This document shows positions 1 through 10,638 of a stretch of 64,000 nt of DNA, piece by piece. The position numbers were made by a program, and so were the translations under genes. This stretch comes from Candidatus Omnitrophota bacterium (GTDB lineage: Bacteria > Omnitrophota > Omnitrophia > Omnitrophales > JACROU01). The stretch is taken from NCBI GenBank assembly GCA_016214265.1, contig JACROU010000037.1, positions 3,859-67,858 on the forward strand, written 5' to 3'. The notes under the pieces were generated by a model. That model had not been told where the DNA came from. It did not search any database and worked only from the letters and a program-made list of their open reading frames with translations. Position 1 is the stretch's first letter. The number at the start of each line of letters is the position of its first letter.

Positions 1-1
1 G

Positions 2-1531
2 GAGGAACTTGAAGAAGCCATTATTCGATTTTCTCGGTCAAAGAATGATTTGTCTTCTGAAATTCGATTGTTAAATTCTGATTCCGAAAACCTTTTTATC
101 GAAGAAGCTCTCGCTGCAATAGAAAACTTTTTGAGCGAAGATTATCAAATTTCCAAACGTTCGATCGGCCGTTTGCTTCTTAAAGAGGATCGGGAGGTCT
201 GGGATTTGATCGAAAAAAAAGAACCTCAGGCTTTGTTGAAAATTAAAAGCGTTATTGAAGAAACTAAAGCCCGATACAACCGTCCGCTGGAGCTTGAAAT
301 GGCGCTGGCATTGAAGCGGGAAGTTATTGGAATTTCGAACGAGGTGATTCGGCGAACAGCGGGGTTCCGCGGGCTCAAAAGCGAAAAGCGTGGGTTTGAA
401 GAATGGCTCAGTCGTCTGACCATGAATCCGGTCACAGGACTTCCGATTCTGTTTTTGATTTTGTATCTTGGGCTTTATCAGTTCGTAGGTGTGTTTGGTG
501 CCAAAACCGTCGTAGATTTTTTGGAGAGAACTATTTTTGAAGGCTACATCAACCCTTTCCTGATCAAGCTGTTTAGCCAGTTAATTCCGTGGCCGGTGTT
601 CCGGGATCTGTTTGTCGGTGAGTACGGAATGTTGACGCTCGGTGTGCGTTACGCGATTGCTTTGATTCTTCCGATTGTCTCCTTCTTTTTTCTAGTTTTT
701 GCTGTTATCGAAGATACGGGATATTTGCCGCGTCTGGCGATGCTGATCGATAGAATTTTCAAAAAAATTGGTTTGAGCGGGCGGGCCGTTATTCCAATGG
801 TTTTGGGATTTGGCTGTGACACGATGGCGACTATGGTGACGCGGACGTTGCCGACTCCGCGCGAGCGTGTGATTTCAACGATGCTGCTATCTCTGGCGAT
901 TCCGTGTTCAGCGCAGCTGGGCGTGATTTTCGCGCTGCTTACCGGCCATGTTTTGACGCTCTTTCTTTGGGCGTTTGTGGTGGGGTTGGTTTTTCTTTTT
1001 ATTGGATTTTTAACAGCGCAGATTATGCCGGGTGAGAAGCCTTCTTTTTATATGGAGTTGCCGCCGCTAAGATTTCCCAAAATCACCAACGTTCTGACAA
1101 AAACTTATGTGCGGGTGAAATGGTATTTTCTGGAAGTGCTGCCATTATTTATTGTCGCCAGCTCGCTGATATGGTTGGGGCAGTTGACCGGGGTTTTCGC
1201 GTTTTTAATCCGGTTGCTGGCTGTTCCTGTAAAAATGATCGGTTTGCCGGTAGAAGCTTCCAAAATGTTTTTGATGGGGTTTTTCAGGCGGGATTACGGA
1301 GCGGCGGGGCTGTATGATCTTGCGCGTGCGGGAAAATTGAATGAGGTGCAGCTTCTTGTCGCCTGCGTGACATTGACTCTCTTTCTTCCGTGTATTGCGC
1401 AGTTTCTGATGAATATGAAAGAGCGGGGCTGGAAAACGGGTCTGGGCATTTCGGCTTTCACGCTTTTCTTTTCGTTCTGGGTGGCGTTTTTTCTGAACTT
1501 TATTTTGGTCAGTCTGGGAGTACGGTTATGA
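2..1531 (+). CDS. feoB: Ferrous iron transporter FeoB (C-terminal part; 5' end lies outside the window)
   Basis: Frame is open from base 2. FeoB membrane motifs EDTGYLPRLA, LGFGC, AIPCSAQ, MELPP and LFLPC are present. Confidence 0.93.
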   Translation, partial: EELEEAIIRFSRSKNDLSSEIRLLNSDSENLFIEEALAAIENFLSEDYQISKRSIGRLLLKEDREVWDLIEKKEPQALLKIKSVIEETKARYNRPLELEMALALKREVIGISNEVIRRTAGFRGLKSEKRGFEEWLSRLTMNPVTGLPILFLILYLGLYQFVGVFGAKTVVDFLERTIFEGYINPFLIKLFSQLIPWPVFRDLFVGEYGMLTLGVRYAIALILPIVSFFFLVFAVIEDTGYLPRLAMLIDRIFKKIGLSGRAVIPMVLGFGCDTMATMVTRTLPTPRERVISTMLLSLAIPCSAQLGVIFALLTGHVLTLFLWAFVVGLVFLFIGFLTAQIMPGEKPSFYMELPPLRFPKITNVLTKTYVRVKWYFLEVLPLFIVASSLIWLGQLTGVFAFLIRLLAVPVKMIGLPVEASKMFLMGFFRRDYGAAGLYDLARAGKLNEVQLLVACVTLTLFLPCIAQFLMNMKERGWKTGLGISAFTLFFSFWVAFFLNFILVSLGVRL

Positions 1532-1968
1532 TTTGTGATTTATGTCATCATGAATTTAACGAGTCCGAAGCTCGAGGCGCATGTTCCGGCTGTGGCACGC
1601 AAAAAAGCTGTGGCGGCGTTCGCTGTCCCCGCTGTTACTACGAGATGGTTTCAGCGCCCGGATGGATTTCTGGAATTGCGAGATTTTTTAATCGAAAATC
1701 TGGGCGTGAGGCTGTGTGTGAAGAGAAGGAATTTTCAGAAAAATCCGGAGTTTCTCTGAATGAATTTGAAGTAAACCGATCCGCCGAAATCGTTGATTTG
1801 CGGACAGTGGACAATCTTATTCTCAGAAAGATTATTGCGATGGATGCGCTTCCCGGGGCAAAGATTACGCTTGTCCAAAAATTCCCCTCTTTGGTTTTCC
1901 GAATCAACGAGAGTTCATTCTCGATCGATAAAGAGCTGGCTTCTGTTATTTGCGTCAAACCGATTTAG
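1528..1968 (+). CDS. feoA: FeoA-domain protein with N-terminal Cys-rich module
   Basis: ATG overlaps the feoB stop (ATGA). C-terminal half is FeoA-like (LRKIIAMDALPGAKITLVQKFP). N-terminus has CDLC, CSGC-x4-C and CPRC. Confidence 0.75.
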   Translation: MICDLCHHEFNESEARGACSGCGTQKSCGGVRCPRCYYEMVSAPGWISGIARFFNRKSGREAVCEEKEFSEKSGVSLNEFEVNRSAEIVDLRTVDNLILRKIIAMDALPGAKITLVQKFPSLVFRINESSFSIDKELASVICVKPI

Positions 1969-2843
1969 TCTCGAGCCAGCATGTTAATGAAAAGTTGAGC
2001 GGGGTGTGTCGGCACTCTTTCGTTTAAGGTGATAATGCCGATCGGTCGTGAAAGCTGCAAATCCGAAATCCGAATAGATGTTATCAGTCCCTGAGCCACT
2101 TCTTTTTCAACGGCTTTGCGGGGCACAATCGATATTCCTAATCCTACTTCCACAGCTTTTTTTATCGTGTCAATATTATCGTTGGTCATTCGAATGAAAA
2201 CTTTTACTTCCTTGCTATTTAGCGCTTCGTTGATGGCCTCCCTTGTGGGAATTCCTTCGTCAAAAGTGATGAAGTTTTCGTTATTAATTTCCTGCAATTT
2301 GATGCTGCGTTTTTTTGCCAGGTGGTGTTTGGGAGGGGCAATTAAAATAAGGTTATCTTTGCCGGCAGGGGTGATCTTGATTCTCGGTCGGTTCTTAGGA
2401 TAAGCAACAATGCCGAAATCAATTTTTTCTTGAAGAATAAGATCATAGATCAAGTCCGATCTACTGTATTGAAGATGAATGTAGATATCCGGATAGGCGC
2501 GAATAAATTTTTTCAGATTGGCAGCCAGCTCGTAGATGCCGATGCTATAGACTGTGGCAATCTTGACATTTCCCTTTAGTGTTTTGGTTTTGTTGGAGAG
2601 GTGGGATTTTAAATTTCCGATCCGGGTTAAGAGGTCTTCGACGTAAGGAAGCAAAAATTCCCCTTCCTTGGTCAGACTTACTTTTCGCGGCGCGCGGTCA
2701 AACAGCCGGCATCCCAGCAGCTCCTCAAGATTTTTAATGTGCGAGCTGACGGACGGCTGTGTCAGAAAATTCAATTTTCCGACTTTGGCAAAATTTTTCT
2801 CGTAGGCAATATCTTTGAATATTTTCAAGCTGAGGGTGTTCAT
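1965..2843 (-). CDS. LysR-family transcriptional regulator
   Basis: N-terminal HTH (LTQPSVSSHIKNLEELLGCRLFDR) and LysR substrate-binding domain; divergent from the cytochrome operon. Confidence 0.93.
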   Translation of the reverse strand: MNTLSLKIFKDIAYEKNFAKVGKLNFLTQPSVSSHIKNLEELLGCRLFDRAPRKVSLTKEGEFLLPYVEDLLTRIGNLKSHLSNKTKTLKGNVKIATVYSIGIYELAANLKKFIRAYPDIYIHLQYSRSDLIYDLILQEKIDFGIVAYPKNRPRIKITPAGKDNLILIAPPKHHLAKKRSIKLQEINNENFITFDEGIPTREAINEALNSKEVKVFIRMTNDNIDTIKKAVEVGLGISIVPRKAVEKEVAQGLITSIRISDLQLSRPIGIITLNERVPTHPAQLFINMLARD

Positions 2844-3036
2844 AGATAGAAATAATTTATCATTGCAATATTAAAAATCAATTATTTTTATCGATTGTAT
2901 CGTGCGATTATAATTTCCAGTGACACACGTTCATTCATTAAGCTATAATGATTTTCAGTCGTAACTATAAAACATCATTCAGTTTGAGCGGGTTTGTTAT
3001 TTTCTTCCTTTTCTCTTCAATAATTTCGGAGTTCGT

Positions 3037-3828
3037 ATGGCAAAACAATTTTGTTGGGTGAAAGCGATTGGAGCATTTGCCTCAGTCGTTATTTTTTTGT
3101 TCGTAGTATCCGGCCAAGCGATGGGCGCCGAGCAGAAGAAAGAGAAATCTTACCCCTTCGAAGGTTTCGTTGGCGTTAAGGGATCAAAATATGTTGGTCA
3201 GGAAACCTGTGAAATGTGTCACGAAAAAGAAGCCCGCGAGTTTAAACTTTCCACCCATTCAAGACTCAATATCGAACATGGTCAGACAAAGGCGCAAGGA
3301 TGCGAAATGTGCCACGGCCCCGGAAGCATTCACGTGGATGCGGGCGGAGGCAAAGGAAAAGGGATTATCAACCCAAGAAAAAATCCTGAAGTTTGTTTTT
3401 CCTGCCATATGGATAAGAAAATGGAATTTCGCCTGCCGTTTCATCATCCCGTTTTGGAGGGTAAAATGGGGTGCGCGGACTGTCATTCCGCGCACGGTGC
3501 CGAAGTCAAGCCTTGGTCTGCGACGACGCTTAGCGGTATGAATGAAGCCTGCTATAAATGCCATAAGATTCAACGCGGTCCTTTTGTGTGGGAGCATGAG
3601 GCTCTTCGTGAAGGCTGCACCGCTTGTCATAAGGTTCATGGTTCGGTTAATGACAAGATGCTGCTTATTCGCGATAGCAATTTGTGCTTAAGATGTCATA
3701 CCCAAATGGATTTTCCAGTGATTGGAAGATCTAACCATGCGGCCCGAATGCCTCAAGGAACTTGCTTTAGTGCAGGGTGTCATACAGCGGTTCATGGATC
3801 GAATTTTGATGATCATCTGCGATATTAG
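3037..3828 (+). CDS. MtrA/DmsE-family periplasmic multiheme cytochrome c (8 heme motifs)
   Basis: Signal peptide, 7 CxxCH plus CFSAGCH. MtrA-like segments HHPVLEGKM-C, RGPFVWEH and HGSN; immediately upstream of a porin gene. Confidence 0.85.
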   Translation: MAKQFCWVKAIGAFASVVIFLFVVSGQAMGAEQKKEKSYPFEGFVGVKGSKYVGQETCEMCHEKEAREFKLSTHSRLNIEHGQTKAQGCEMCHGPGSIHVDAGGGKGKGIINPRKNPEVCFSCHMDKKMEFRLPFHHPVLEGKMGCADCHSAHGAEVKPWSATTLSGMNEACYKCHKIQRGPFVWEHEALREGCTACHKVHGSVNDKMLLIRDSNLCLRCHTQMDFPVIGRSNHAARMPQGTCFSAGCHTAVHGSNFDDHLRY

Positions 3829-3837
3829 AGGGTTACG

Positions 3838-5919
3838 ATGAAAACTACTTTACGCATAGTGCTGGCAGAAATTTTAATCGGTGGATTGTTACTCGTACCT
3901 GGAACCGTTTCTGCGGGAGAGACCGGAACGGAAACAGCGCCTGTTACCTTTGCGCCAGTTCCAGTGCAATATGCTTTTGTGGATGGCGATATGGCCAAGT
4001 TCCAAAACCATAAATGGATGAAGGGTGATTATAACGCAGGGGCGGATAATTCTACGGCGGAGTATAAACTACCCAAAGGCGTAACGTTGTCGATGGAAGG
4101 AAGTGGTCTCGTCCCTCAAAACGATTTTGGTGCGAAAACATCTATTACCAAAGAAAACTTGGGATTTGTCAATTTTGATTTTAAACAATTCCGCCGGTAT
4201 TACGACACGACGGGCGGCGTTTACGACCGATTTGCGACGCTCAGGCACAATGAATTAGACAAAGGTCTTCACATGGATATCGGTCATTTGGGAGTGGATA
4301 CCGGAATTACTATCAAAAATTGGCCTCACTTGGGTTTCGAATACGATCGGGATTACCGGCTTGGCGCCAAATCGCGTCTTTCGTGGGGCGGTGTTACCGA
4401 AGGGGCTATTCTCCGCTACATTTTTCCTTCCTATCAGGAGATCAATCAAAGCGTGGATACTTTTGCTATCAAAGCGGATCACACCATCGGTGGATATAAA
4501 CTAAAAGCAGATCAACGATGGGAACTATTCCGGGCGGATACTTCGCGATGGGAGCAGTGGATGGCAACGACCGGAGTGGCTGCGGATAATAAAAGGCGCC
4601 TGCAGCATCAAGAACCCAGTGCTGATCTGATGACCACAACGGTTGGAGCTGAGCGGTGGTTCAAGAAAGACAAAGTGTTTGTGTCTTCCGGGTATCGTTA
4701 TGCTCAAATGAAAAATAAAGAAATCGAATCCATATTTGAATTTGATGCCGCGGGGAGGCTTTTCAATAACGCCAATGCCAAAAGTGCCCGTAATTCTATT
4801 GCTCACAATAATATGGAGGATAACAGCTGGGTTGGAAATGCTATGTGGACTCCCTGGCATTCTTTGAGTTTGATTGCCAAATTGAAAGGCGACGTGTACC
4901 GAAATTTGGGATTTTCCACAAATCCCATGGATACAAATGCCGGTGTTCCGAATGGAGGAATCGATACTACGGAGATCAGCAATCTCAGCAATAAGATTGG
5001 AAGCGTTGCCGAATCGGTATCCGTGCGTTTTACCGGAATTCCCCATACAGCGCTTTACTCAGAAATGGAATTGCAGGAAATTGGGAATCGACGATATGAA
5101 AATCGTTTGAGCGTTGCTGGTCAGGCGGCTACTAGTGCCAATGAAAACTATACCAATTTGGTAAACATAAATAGTTATCGCCAGATGTGGACTATTGGCG
5201 GAAATTTTGCGCCTTGGTATTTTGTAAATACCACGGCAGATGTTCGCATTCGCCGGGAAAACGATGATTACGATTACATCAAAAACTCACCGCCGACGGG
5301 CGGCGAGCTTTTTCGCGCGTTCTTTGATTCATTAAAAATCAACACTAACGAATTCAAAACCCGGACTACCTTAAGATTGGTGAAGTGGCTGCAGCCAGCC
5401 TTCCGTTATCAGTTTCAAGAAAAGGATTTTTATGCGTTGCCGTATCATGAGCCGGTTTATGTGACGACGCGTACGATATCAAATACTTATACATATGACC
5501 TGATGTATCAGCCATTGGCAGATTTAATGACAATGATTTCATTTTCCAGGCAAACAATTAAAACTGTAACGCCTGCTCATAATTCAGCCCGAACAATGGG
5601 AGTTCCTCCAACTTATAACACCAATGTAAACATGTGGATGTTCAGTGCGGATTACGCCTTAAGGCCCGATTTGATTCTTACGGGTAGCCTTGATTTTTCA
5701 AGAGCGCCTAATTTCAATGATTATTCCACAATCGGTTTACCGCTTGGTGTTGACTACAATCAGATAGATTTAAATTTGGGCGTGCGCTGGGCTTTGAATA
5801 AACGGATTACGTTGGAACCGAAGTACTCCTATTACCATTACAATCCGAATCAAAACGTGGAGTATGGTAAATATGATGCTCATGTAATTTCGCTTGAAAT
5901 GCTCCTACCCTGGGGTTGA
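3838..5919 (+). CDS. MtrB/PioB-like outer-membrane beta-barrel porin
   Basis: 693 aa with a signal peptide, amphipathic aromatic-rich beta strands and near-terminal Trp; follows the MtrA-like gene. Confidence 0.75.
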   Translation: MKTTLRIVLAEILIGGLLLVPGTVSAGETGTETAPVTFAPVPVQYAFVDGDMAKFQNHKWMKGDYNAGADNSTAEYKLPKGVTLSMEGSGLVPQNDFGAKTSITKENLGFVNFDFKQFRRYYDTTGGVYDRFATLRHNELDKGLHMDIGHLGVDTGITIKNWPHLGFEYDRDYRLGAKSRLSWGGVTEGAILRYIFPSYQEINQSVDTFAIKADHTIGGYKLKADQRWELFRADTSRWEQWMATTGVAADNKRRLQHQEPSADLMTTTVGAERWFKKDKVFVSSGYRYAQMKNKEIESIFEFDAAGRLFNNANAKSARNSIAHNNMEDNSWVGNAMWTPWHSLSLIAKLKGDVYRNLGFSTNPMDTNAGVPNGGIDTTEISNLSNKIGSVAESVSVRFTGIPHTALYSEMELQEIGNRRYENRLSVAGQAATSANENYTNLVNINSYRQMWTIGGNFAPWYFVNTTADVRIRRENDDYDYIKNSPPTGGELFRAFFDSLKINTNEFKTRTTLRLVKWLQPAFRYQFQEKDFYALPYHEPVYVTTRTISNTYTYDLMYQPLADLMTMISFSRQTIKTVTPAHNSARTMGVPPTYNTNVNMWMFSADYALRPDLILTGSLDFSRAPNFNDYSTIGLPLGVDYNQIDLNLGVRWALNKRITLEPKYSYYHYNPNQNVEYGKYDAHVISLEMLLPWG

Positions 5920-5931
5920 TAATCACACCCC

Positions 5932-7725
5932 ATGAAGCCGAAATCGCAGGGCGTAAGTCCTTACTATATCTTGAGAAGCTTTCTTTTTTCCTTCTTTAAT
6001 TTCTTTGCCTCTTTAAAGCTCGCCGTGTTTCTTCTTGTCGTGTTGGGAGTGACTTTAGCTGCCGGTACTTTTATTGAATCTGCTTCAGGAACTAAAGCCG
6101 CGCAGCAGATGGTTTACCATACCGCTGCGTTTAGTTTGCTTCTTGGCGTGTTGGCGATGAATCTGGCTTTCGCCGCTTTGGCACGGCTACCCTGGCAGAA
6201 AAAGCATGTGGGATTTGTGATGACTCATGCTGGGATTATCATGATTATCTTTGGATCGTGGATGACCACTCGATTCGCGATTGACGGCCAGCTGGCGTTA
6301 GCGGAAGGGGAAAGAGGAAACCAGATTTCCGTTGATGTCCCGCTCCTCCAAATATTTAATTCCCAAACCAAGCAAAGCATTGAAGTTCCTTTTAAACTTC
6401 CACCACGGCAATGGGAGGGTAATAAACCATTTATTTTGCATGACTTTGATGATGTTGCGGTTAATCTTTTAGCTTTTTTCCCGCATTCCAAACCGGTTGA
6501 GAAAATTGTTCCCAAGGCGGGCGGTTCTTCTGCCGTAGAGTTTGATATTTTTAATGAAAATATGCGTATGGGCGGCAGGCTTCTGGAAGAACAAGGGAAA
6601 GACAGTATGGATTTGGGGCCGGCAGTGGTTCGGTTTTCTTCCCAGGAAATTCCTTTGCCTACGAAAAAATCTGCTTCTTCCGACTCTTTGGGTGATTTGA
6701 TATTCAATTATCAGGGCAAACAAAGCAGGGTGTCCGTATCGAAGGCGCTCACCAAAGAAGTTTCTATTCCCAACACACCCTTCAAAATAAAAATTAATCG
6801 TTATTTGTCTCACGCGATTGTTGAAAATAATCAGCTGGTTGACCGGGGTGAAGCGGCCGTGAATCCGGCCTGTGAATTTGTGATTCTGGGAAAGAAAACG
6901 GAAGAAAAACATACCGCCTTCGCTTTTTTTCCGGATTTTCCGACGCTTCACGGTCGCGCGCCATCACAGACCGGATTGAAAATTCATTTTGAGGCTTCCG
7001 GGTTGGAACAGGGCGCTTCTGCAAACGAACTTCGGATTATCAAGAATGCTTCCGGAAAACTTTTCTATCAGACAAAAACTCAACAAACTGTGATTCCGCC
7101 GGTCCCGGTGGAAGTGGGGAAGGAATACGCTACAGGCTGGATGCATCTGAAATTTCTGGTTAAAACATTTTTTCCTGAAGCGGAACTTAAGTCTTATTTT
7201 GAACCACTGCCTCTTTCACCCCAGGAGAAAAATCCACGGCCGGTAGTTTTGATGGGATTTCAGAAAAACGGCCAGGAAGCGAAACTTTGGCTTCAGCGCG
7301 GAGATCATCAATTTGTTTTTTCCGAAAGTGCACCGCTTCATGTCATTTACGGCGAGAAAAATATTCCTCTTGGATTTGATATTGAGCTTAAAAAATTTAT
7401 GATCGATTATTATCCCGGTTCAGAGCGGCCCGCTGCGTTTAAAAGCGCTGTCAAGTTAATCGACCCCTCAAAAGGCGTTGACCGAGAGGTTGAGATCAGC
7501 ATGAATAAGCCGCTTTCTTACCGTGGATTCAAGGTTTTTCAGTCGGGATATCAGTTGAGCGAAGGCCGGCCCAAAGTGTCCATTTTCTCCGTGGGGCGTG
7601 ACCCGGGCATTCCGGTAAAATATGCGGGCAGCATTGTCATGATTCTTGGCGTTTTATTTATGTTTTATTTGAAAAGATTTTCAAGCAGCAAGCCTCTCTA
7701 TTCAAACGAAAGTGAGAAAAAATGA
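5932..7725 (+). CDS. Cytochrome c biogenesis protein, ResB/Ccs1 family (system II)
   Basis: N-terminal TMs (SLKLAV...GTFIES, THAG), large periplasmic domain, MNKPLSYRGFKVFQS, DPG and a C-terminal TM. Confidence 0.88.
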   Translation: MKPKSQGVSPYYILRSFLFSFFNFFASLKLAVFLLVVLGVTLAAGTFIESASGTKAAQQMVYHTAAFSLLLGVLAMNLAFAALARLPWQKKHVGFVMTHAGIIMIIFGSWMTTRFAIDGQLALAEGERGNQISVDVPLLQIFNSQTKQSIEVPFKLPPRQWEGNKPFILHDFDDVAVNLLAFFPHSKPVEKIVPKAGGSSAVEFDIFNENMRMGGRLLEEQGKDSMDLGPAVVRFSSQEIPLPTKKSASSDSLGDLIFNYQGKQSRVSVSKALTKEVSIPNTPFKIKINRYLSHAIVENNQLVDRGEAAVNPACEFVILGKKTEEKHTAFAFFPDFPTLHGRAPSQTGLKIHFEASGLEQGASANELRIIKNASGKLFYQTKTQQTVIPPVPVEVGKEYATGWMHLKFLVKTFFPEAELKSYFEPLPLSPQEKNPRPVVLMGFQKNGQEAKLWLQRGDHQFVFSESAPLHVIYGEKNIPLGFDIELKKFMIDYYPGSERPAAFKSAVKLIDPSKGVDREVEISMNKPLSYRGFKVFQSGYQLSEGRPKVSIFSVGRDPGIPVKYAGSIVMILGVLFMFYLKRFSSSKPLYSNESEKK

Positions 7726-9341
7726 AAATTTTTCGAGCTCTTTTGCTATTGATTCCTGTTTGTTTCTATTCTGCTCCTGCGATTTGCGGGTCTCACAGCA
7801 ATTTTGATATTAAGTCGCTCGAAAAGATGGCGGTGCAAAGCGGGGGGCGAATCAAGCCTTTCAGCAGTTTCTCAAAAGAAGTGGTTTTGTATGTAACAGG
7901 AAAAGAACGTTTCGCAGGTAAAGATGCCAACACCCTGCTTTTGGAATGGATCGCAAAACCTGAGCAGTGGGAAGCGCAGCCTCTGATTCCGGTTTCCAAT
8001 CAGGCATTAAGGACTTTTTTGGGAATTCCTGCTGAAACGAAAAGAGTCAGCCCGCATTTTCTTTCTTCGAGCCGTGTTTTTCTCGACAGCGTGGCGCAAA
8101 TCGATGCCAAACAATCGCAAGGGGAAGTGTTAAGCACGGTTGATAAAGCGGAGATTGAGCTTTATCAAAAAATGAGTCTGTTTTATGCCTCGTGCGAAGG
8201 AAAAAACTGGTCTGTTATTCCTAATCCATCTTCCCCTCATGACAAGTGGCTCTCCATCGATATGATTAAAACAGATCAGAGAATTGGCAGTCTGGCTGTT
8301 CCGCTCAATACGATGCTGGAAAGTTACCGCTCAAATGATCCGGTGAAATTCAAACAGGCGAGCGAAGAGTTTATCAATCGGTTGGGATTACAGAATTCTT
8401 TTACGCTGGAAATTCAATACAATCACTTAAGGCCTTTCGGATGGGCTTGGCATTTGTATTTGCTGGGATTTTTGATTTTTCTGATAAATTTTGTTTTAAA
8501 GAAATCGTTTTTATCATGGATTGGGGTGGGCAGCGTTATTTTGGGATTTCTGCTGCACACTTATGGATTTGTTCTGCGGTGCATTATTTCGGGCAGGCCT
8601 CCTGTTAGCAACATGTACGAGTCTGTTATCTGGGTTTCGTGGGCGGCGGTTTTGTTTGCGGTTATCCTTTTCTTCGTTTACCGCTCAACGTATGTCACTC
8701 TGGCAGCGTCGGCGATTGCTGCAGTCGGCTTAATTCTGGCAGATAGTTTGCCGGCGGTTTTGGATCCTTCGATCTCGCCTCTGGAACCGGTTTTAAGAAA
8801 TAATTTTTGGCTGACAATTCATGTTCTGACGATCACGTTAAGTTACGGCGCTTTTGCTCTGGCTCTAGCTATTGCACATATTTCTCTCCTCATGCATGTG
8901 TTTCAGACGAAAAATGAAAATCTTCTTCGCATTATCACCGAATTTCTTTACCGGGCGTTGCAAATCGGTGTTGTTCTTTTGGCGGCGGGAACTATTTTGG
9001 GTGGTGTTTGGGCAAATTACTCTTGGGGCCGGTTTTGGGGCTGGGATCCCAAAGAAACTTGGGCCTTAATCGCTCTTCTCGGATATTTGGCTATTCTTCA
9101 TTGCCGTTATGTCGGCTGGATCGGTCCGTTTGGTCTTGCTGTTGGCGCCTCAGTTGCATTTCTGGGCGTTCTGATGGCATGGTACGGTGTCAACTTTGTT
9201 CTTGCCGCGGGACTTCACAGTTATGGTTTTGCCGGCGGCGGACTTCCTTATGTCGGCGCTTTCGTCATCGCCGATTTATTGCTGGTGGCCTTACTCTCTT
9301 TTGTTTATTGGAAAAAGACGCAAATCAAAACTTCTCACTAA
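7722..9341 (+). CDS. ccsA: Cytochrome c assembly protein CcsA/ResC (heme lyase)
   Basis: GGVWANYSWGRFWGWDPKETW (WWD domain), WLTIHV, GLHSY and PVSNMYES. Confidence 0.93.
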   Translation: MKIFRALLLLIPVCFYSAPAICGSHSNFDIKSLEKMAVQSGGRIKPFSSFSKEVVLYVTGKERFAGKDANTLLLEWIAKPEQWEAQPLIPVSNQALRTFLGIPAETKRVSPHFLSSSRVFLDSVAQIDAKQSQGEVLSTVDKAEIELYQKMSLFYASCEGKNWSVIPNPSSPHDKWLSIDMIKTDQRIGSLAVPLNTMLESYRSNDPVKFKQASEEFINRLGLQNSFTLEIQYNHLRPFGWAWHLYLLGFLIFLINFVLKKSFLSWIGVGSVILGFLLHTYGFVLRCIISGRPPVSNMYESVIWVSWAAVLFAVILFFVYRSTYVTLAASAIAAVGLILADSLPAVLDPSISPLEPVLRNNFWLTIHVLTITLSYGAFALALAIAHISLLMHVFQTKNENLLRIITEFLYRALQIGVVLLAAGTILGGVWANYSWGRFWGWDPKETWALIALLGYLAILHCRYVGWIGPFGLAVGASVAFLGVLMAWYGVNFVLAAGLHSYGFAGGGLPYVGAFVIADLLLVALLSFVYWKKTQIKTSH

Positions 9342-9363
9342 AATCCAAGGTGATGTTTTGCCT

Positions 9364-10638
9364 ATGAGATGTATTGCTCCAATATCGGCACGAATTAGCG
9401 TTGTTGCCGCTTTTTTGCTTCTGCTTTTCGTCGGCGTACAAAAATTTGTGTGGGCGGTAGAAGCGCCTAAAAATAATTCGTGCGTCACGTGTCACATGGA
9501 TATTTGGGAAGAAACGAAAGACAGCATTCACTCTAGTGAGGGGATTACCTGCAACAATTGTCACGGCGGTGATCCGGCCAAAAAAGAAAAAGAACTCGCC
9601 AAAGCACCCGCCACGGGTTATATCGGAATTCCTGACAAAAAACAGATCGTGAATATGTGCGGTACCTGTCACGCCAACGTTGAGGTGATGAATTTTTATG
9701 GTATTCGTACCGATCAGCTGGCCCGGTATAAAACCAGTATGCATGGAAAAAAACTATTAATTGACGGTGATACACACGTTGCTGCTTGTGCGGATTGCCA
9801 TGGCTATCACAATATTCTTGGTATTGGCGACCCGCAAAGTTCCGTTTATCCTACAAATGTTCCAAAGACATGCAATAAGTGTCATGGCAATGAGAAATTG
9901 ATGGGGCGTTACCATCTTCCGTCAGACATCTTCAAACAATATGAAAATAGTGCCCACGGCGTTGCTTTACTCGTGAAAAACGATCTTTCTTCGGCAAACT
10001 GTGTTAGCTGTCACGGAAGTCACGGAGCCATGCCTCCTGGAGTGAAAGAAGTCAGTGACACTTGCGGCAAATGTCACATTAACGAAAAAAAATTCTTTTT
10101 GACCAGCGAACACGCCAAGTTGGCTGAAGGCAGCAAGTTTTCAGAATGTATATCCTGCCATGGTTTTCATGGCATTCAACACCCCACAATTCAATTGTTC
10201 AGTACGGCTTGCTCGAAATGTCATAATGTGAAAAGCTTGGCGGCGCAAAGAGCGCTTTCAATGCAATAACTGTTGTTAAAATCCCAAACGGAAGTTAGCG
10301 AGACAAAAGCCGTAGTGAAAGCAGCGGCGAATCAGGGTCTTTTTGTTGATGAAGAAAAAGCCGCTTTTGATGAAGCCAATACCAGTTTGATTGAGATGGG
10401 AATAACTCAGCATTCGCTTTCTGTCGGTGAGTTGTCAAAGCTTTCAAATAAAGTTGAAGCTACAACCGAACAAATCCGAAAAGGTATAAATCATAAGTAT
10501 CAAGGTTTGAAGTGGCGGAAAATTGCGCTTATTATTGTGTGGATTTTTGTCCTATTGATGGTTGTGGCGTTGTGGACTAAATATAAACGTTTAAAGTTTA
10601 TCAGGGATGAGAGAAAGAAAAAACACGACGATGAGTGA
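9364..10638 (+). pseudogene. Membrane-anchored 9-heme cytochrome c interrupted by an in-frame TAA at 10267-10269
   Basis: Nine CxxCH motifs in 9364-10269. The frame continues past TAA (ATG CAA TAA CTG TTG) into a coiled coil and C-terminal TM ending at 10638. Could be a sequencing error. Confidence 0.7.

Noticed and set aside
2919-2935. Crp box upstream of the mtrA-like gene
   Set aside because: AGTGA-N7-TCATT has the wrong spacing. The divergent LysR is the more plausible regulator.
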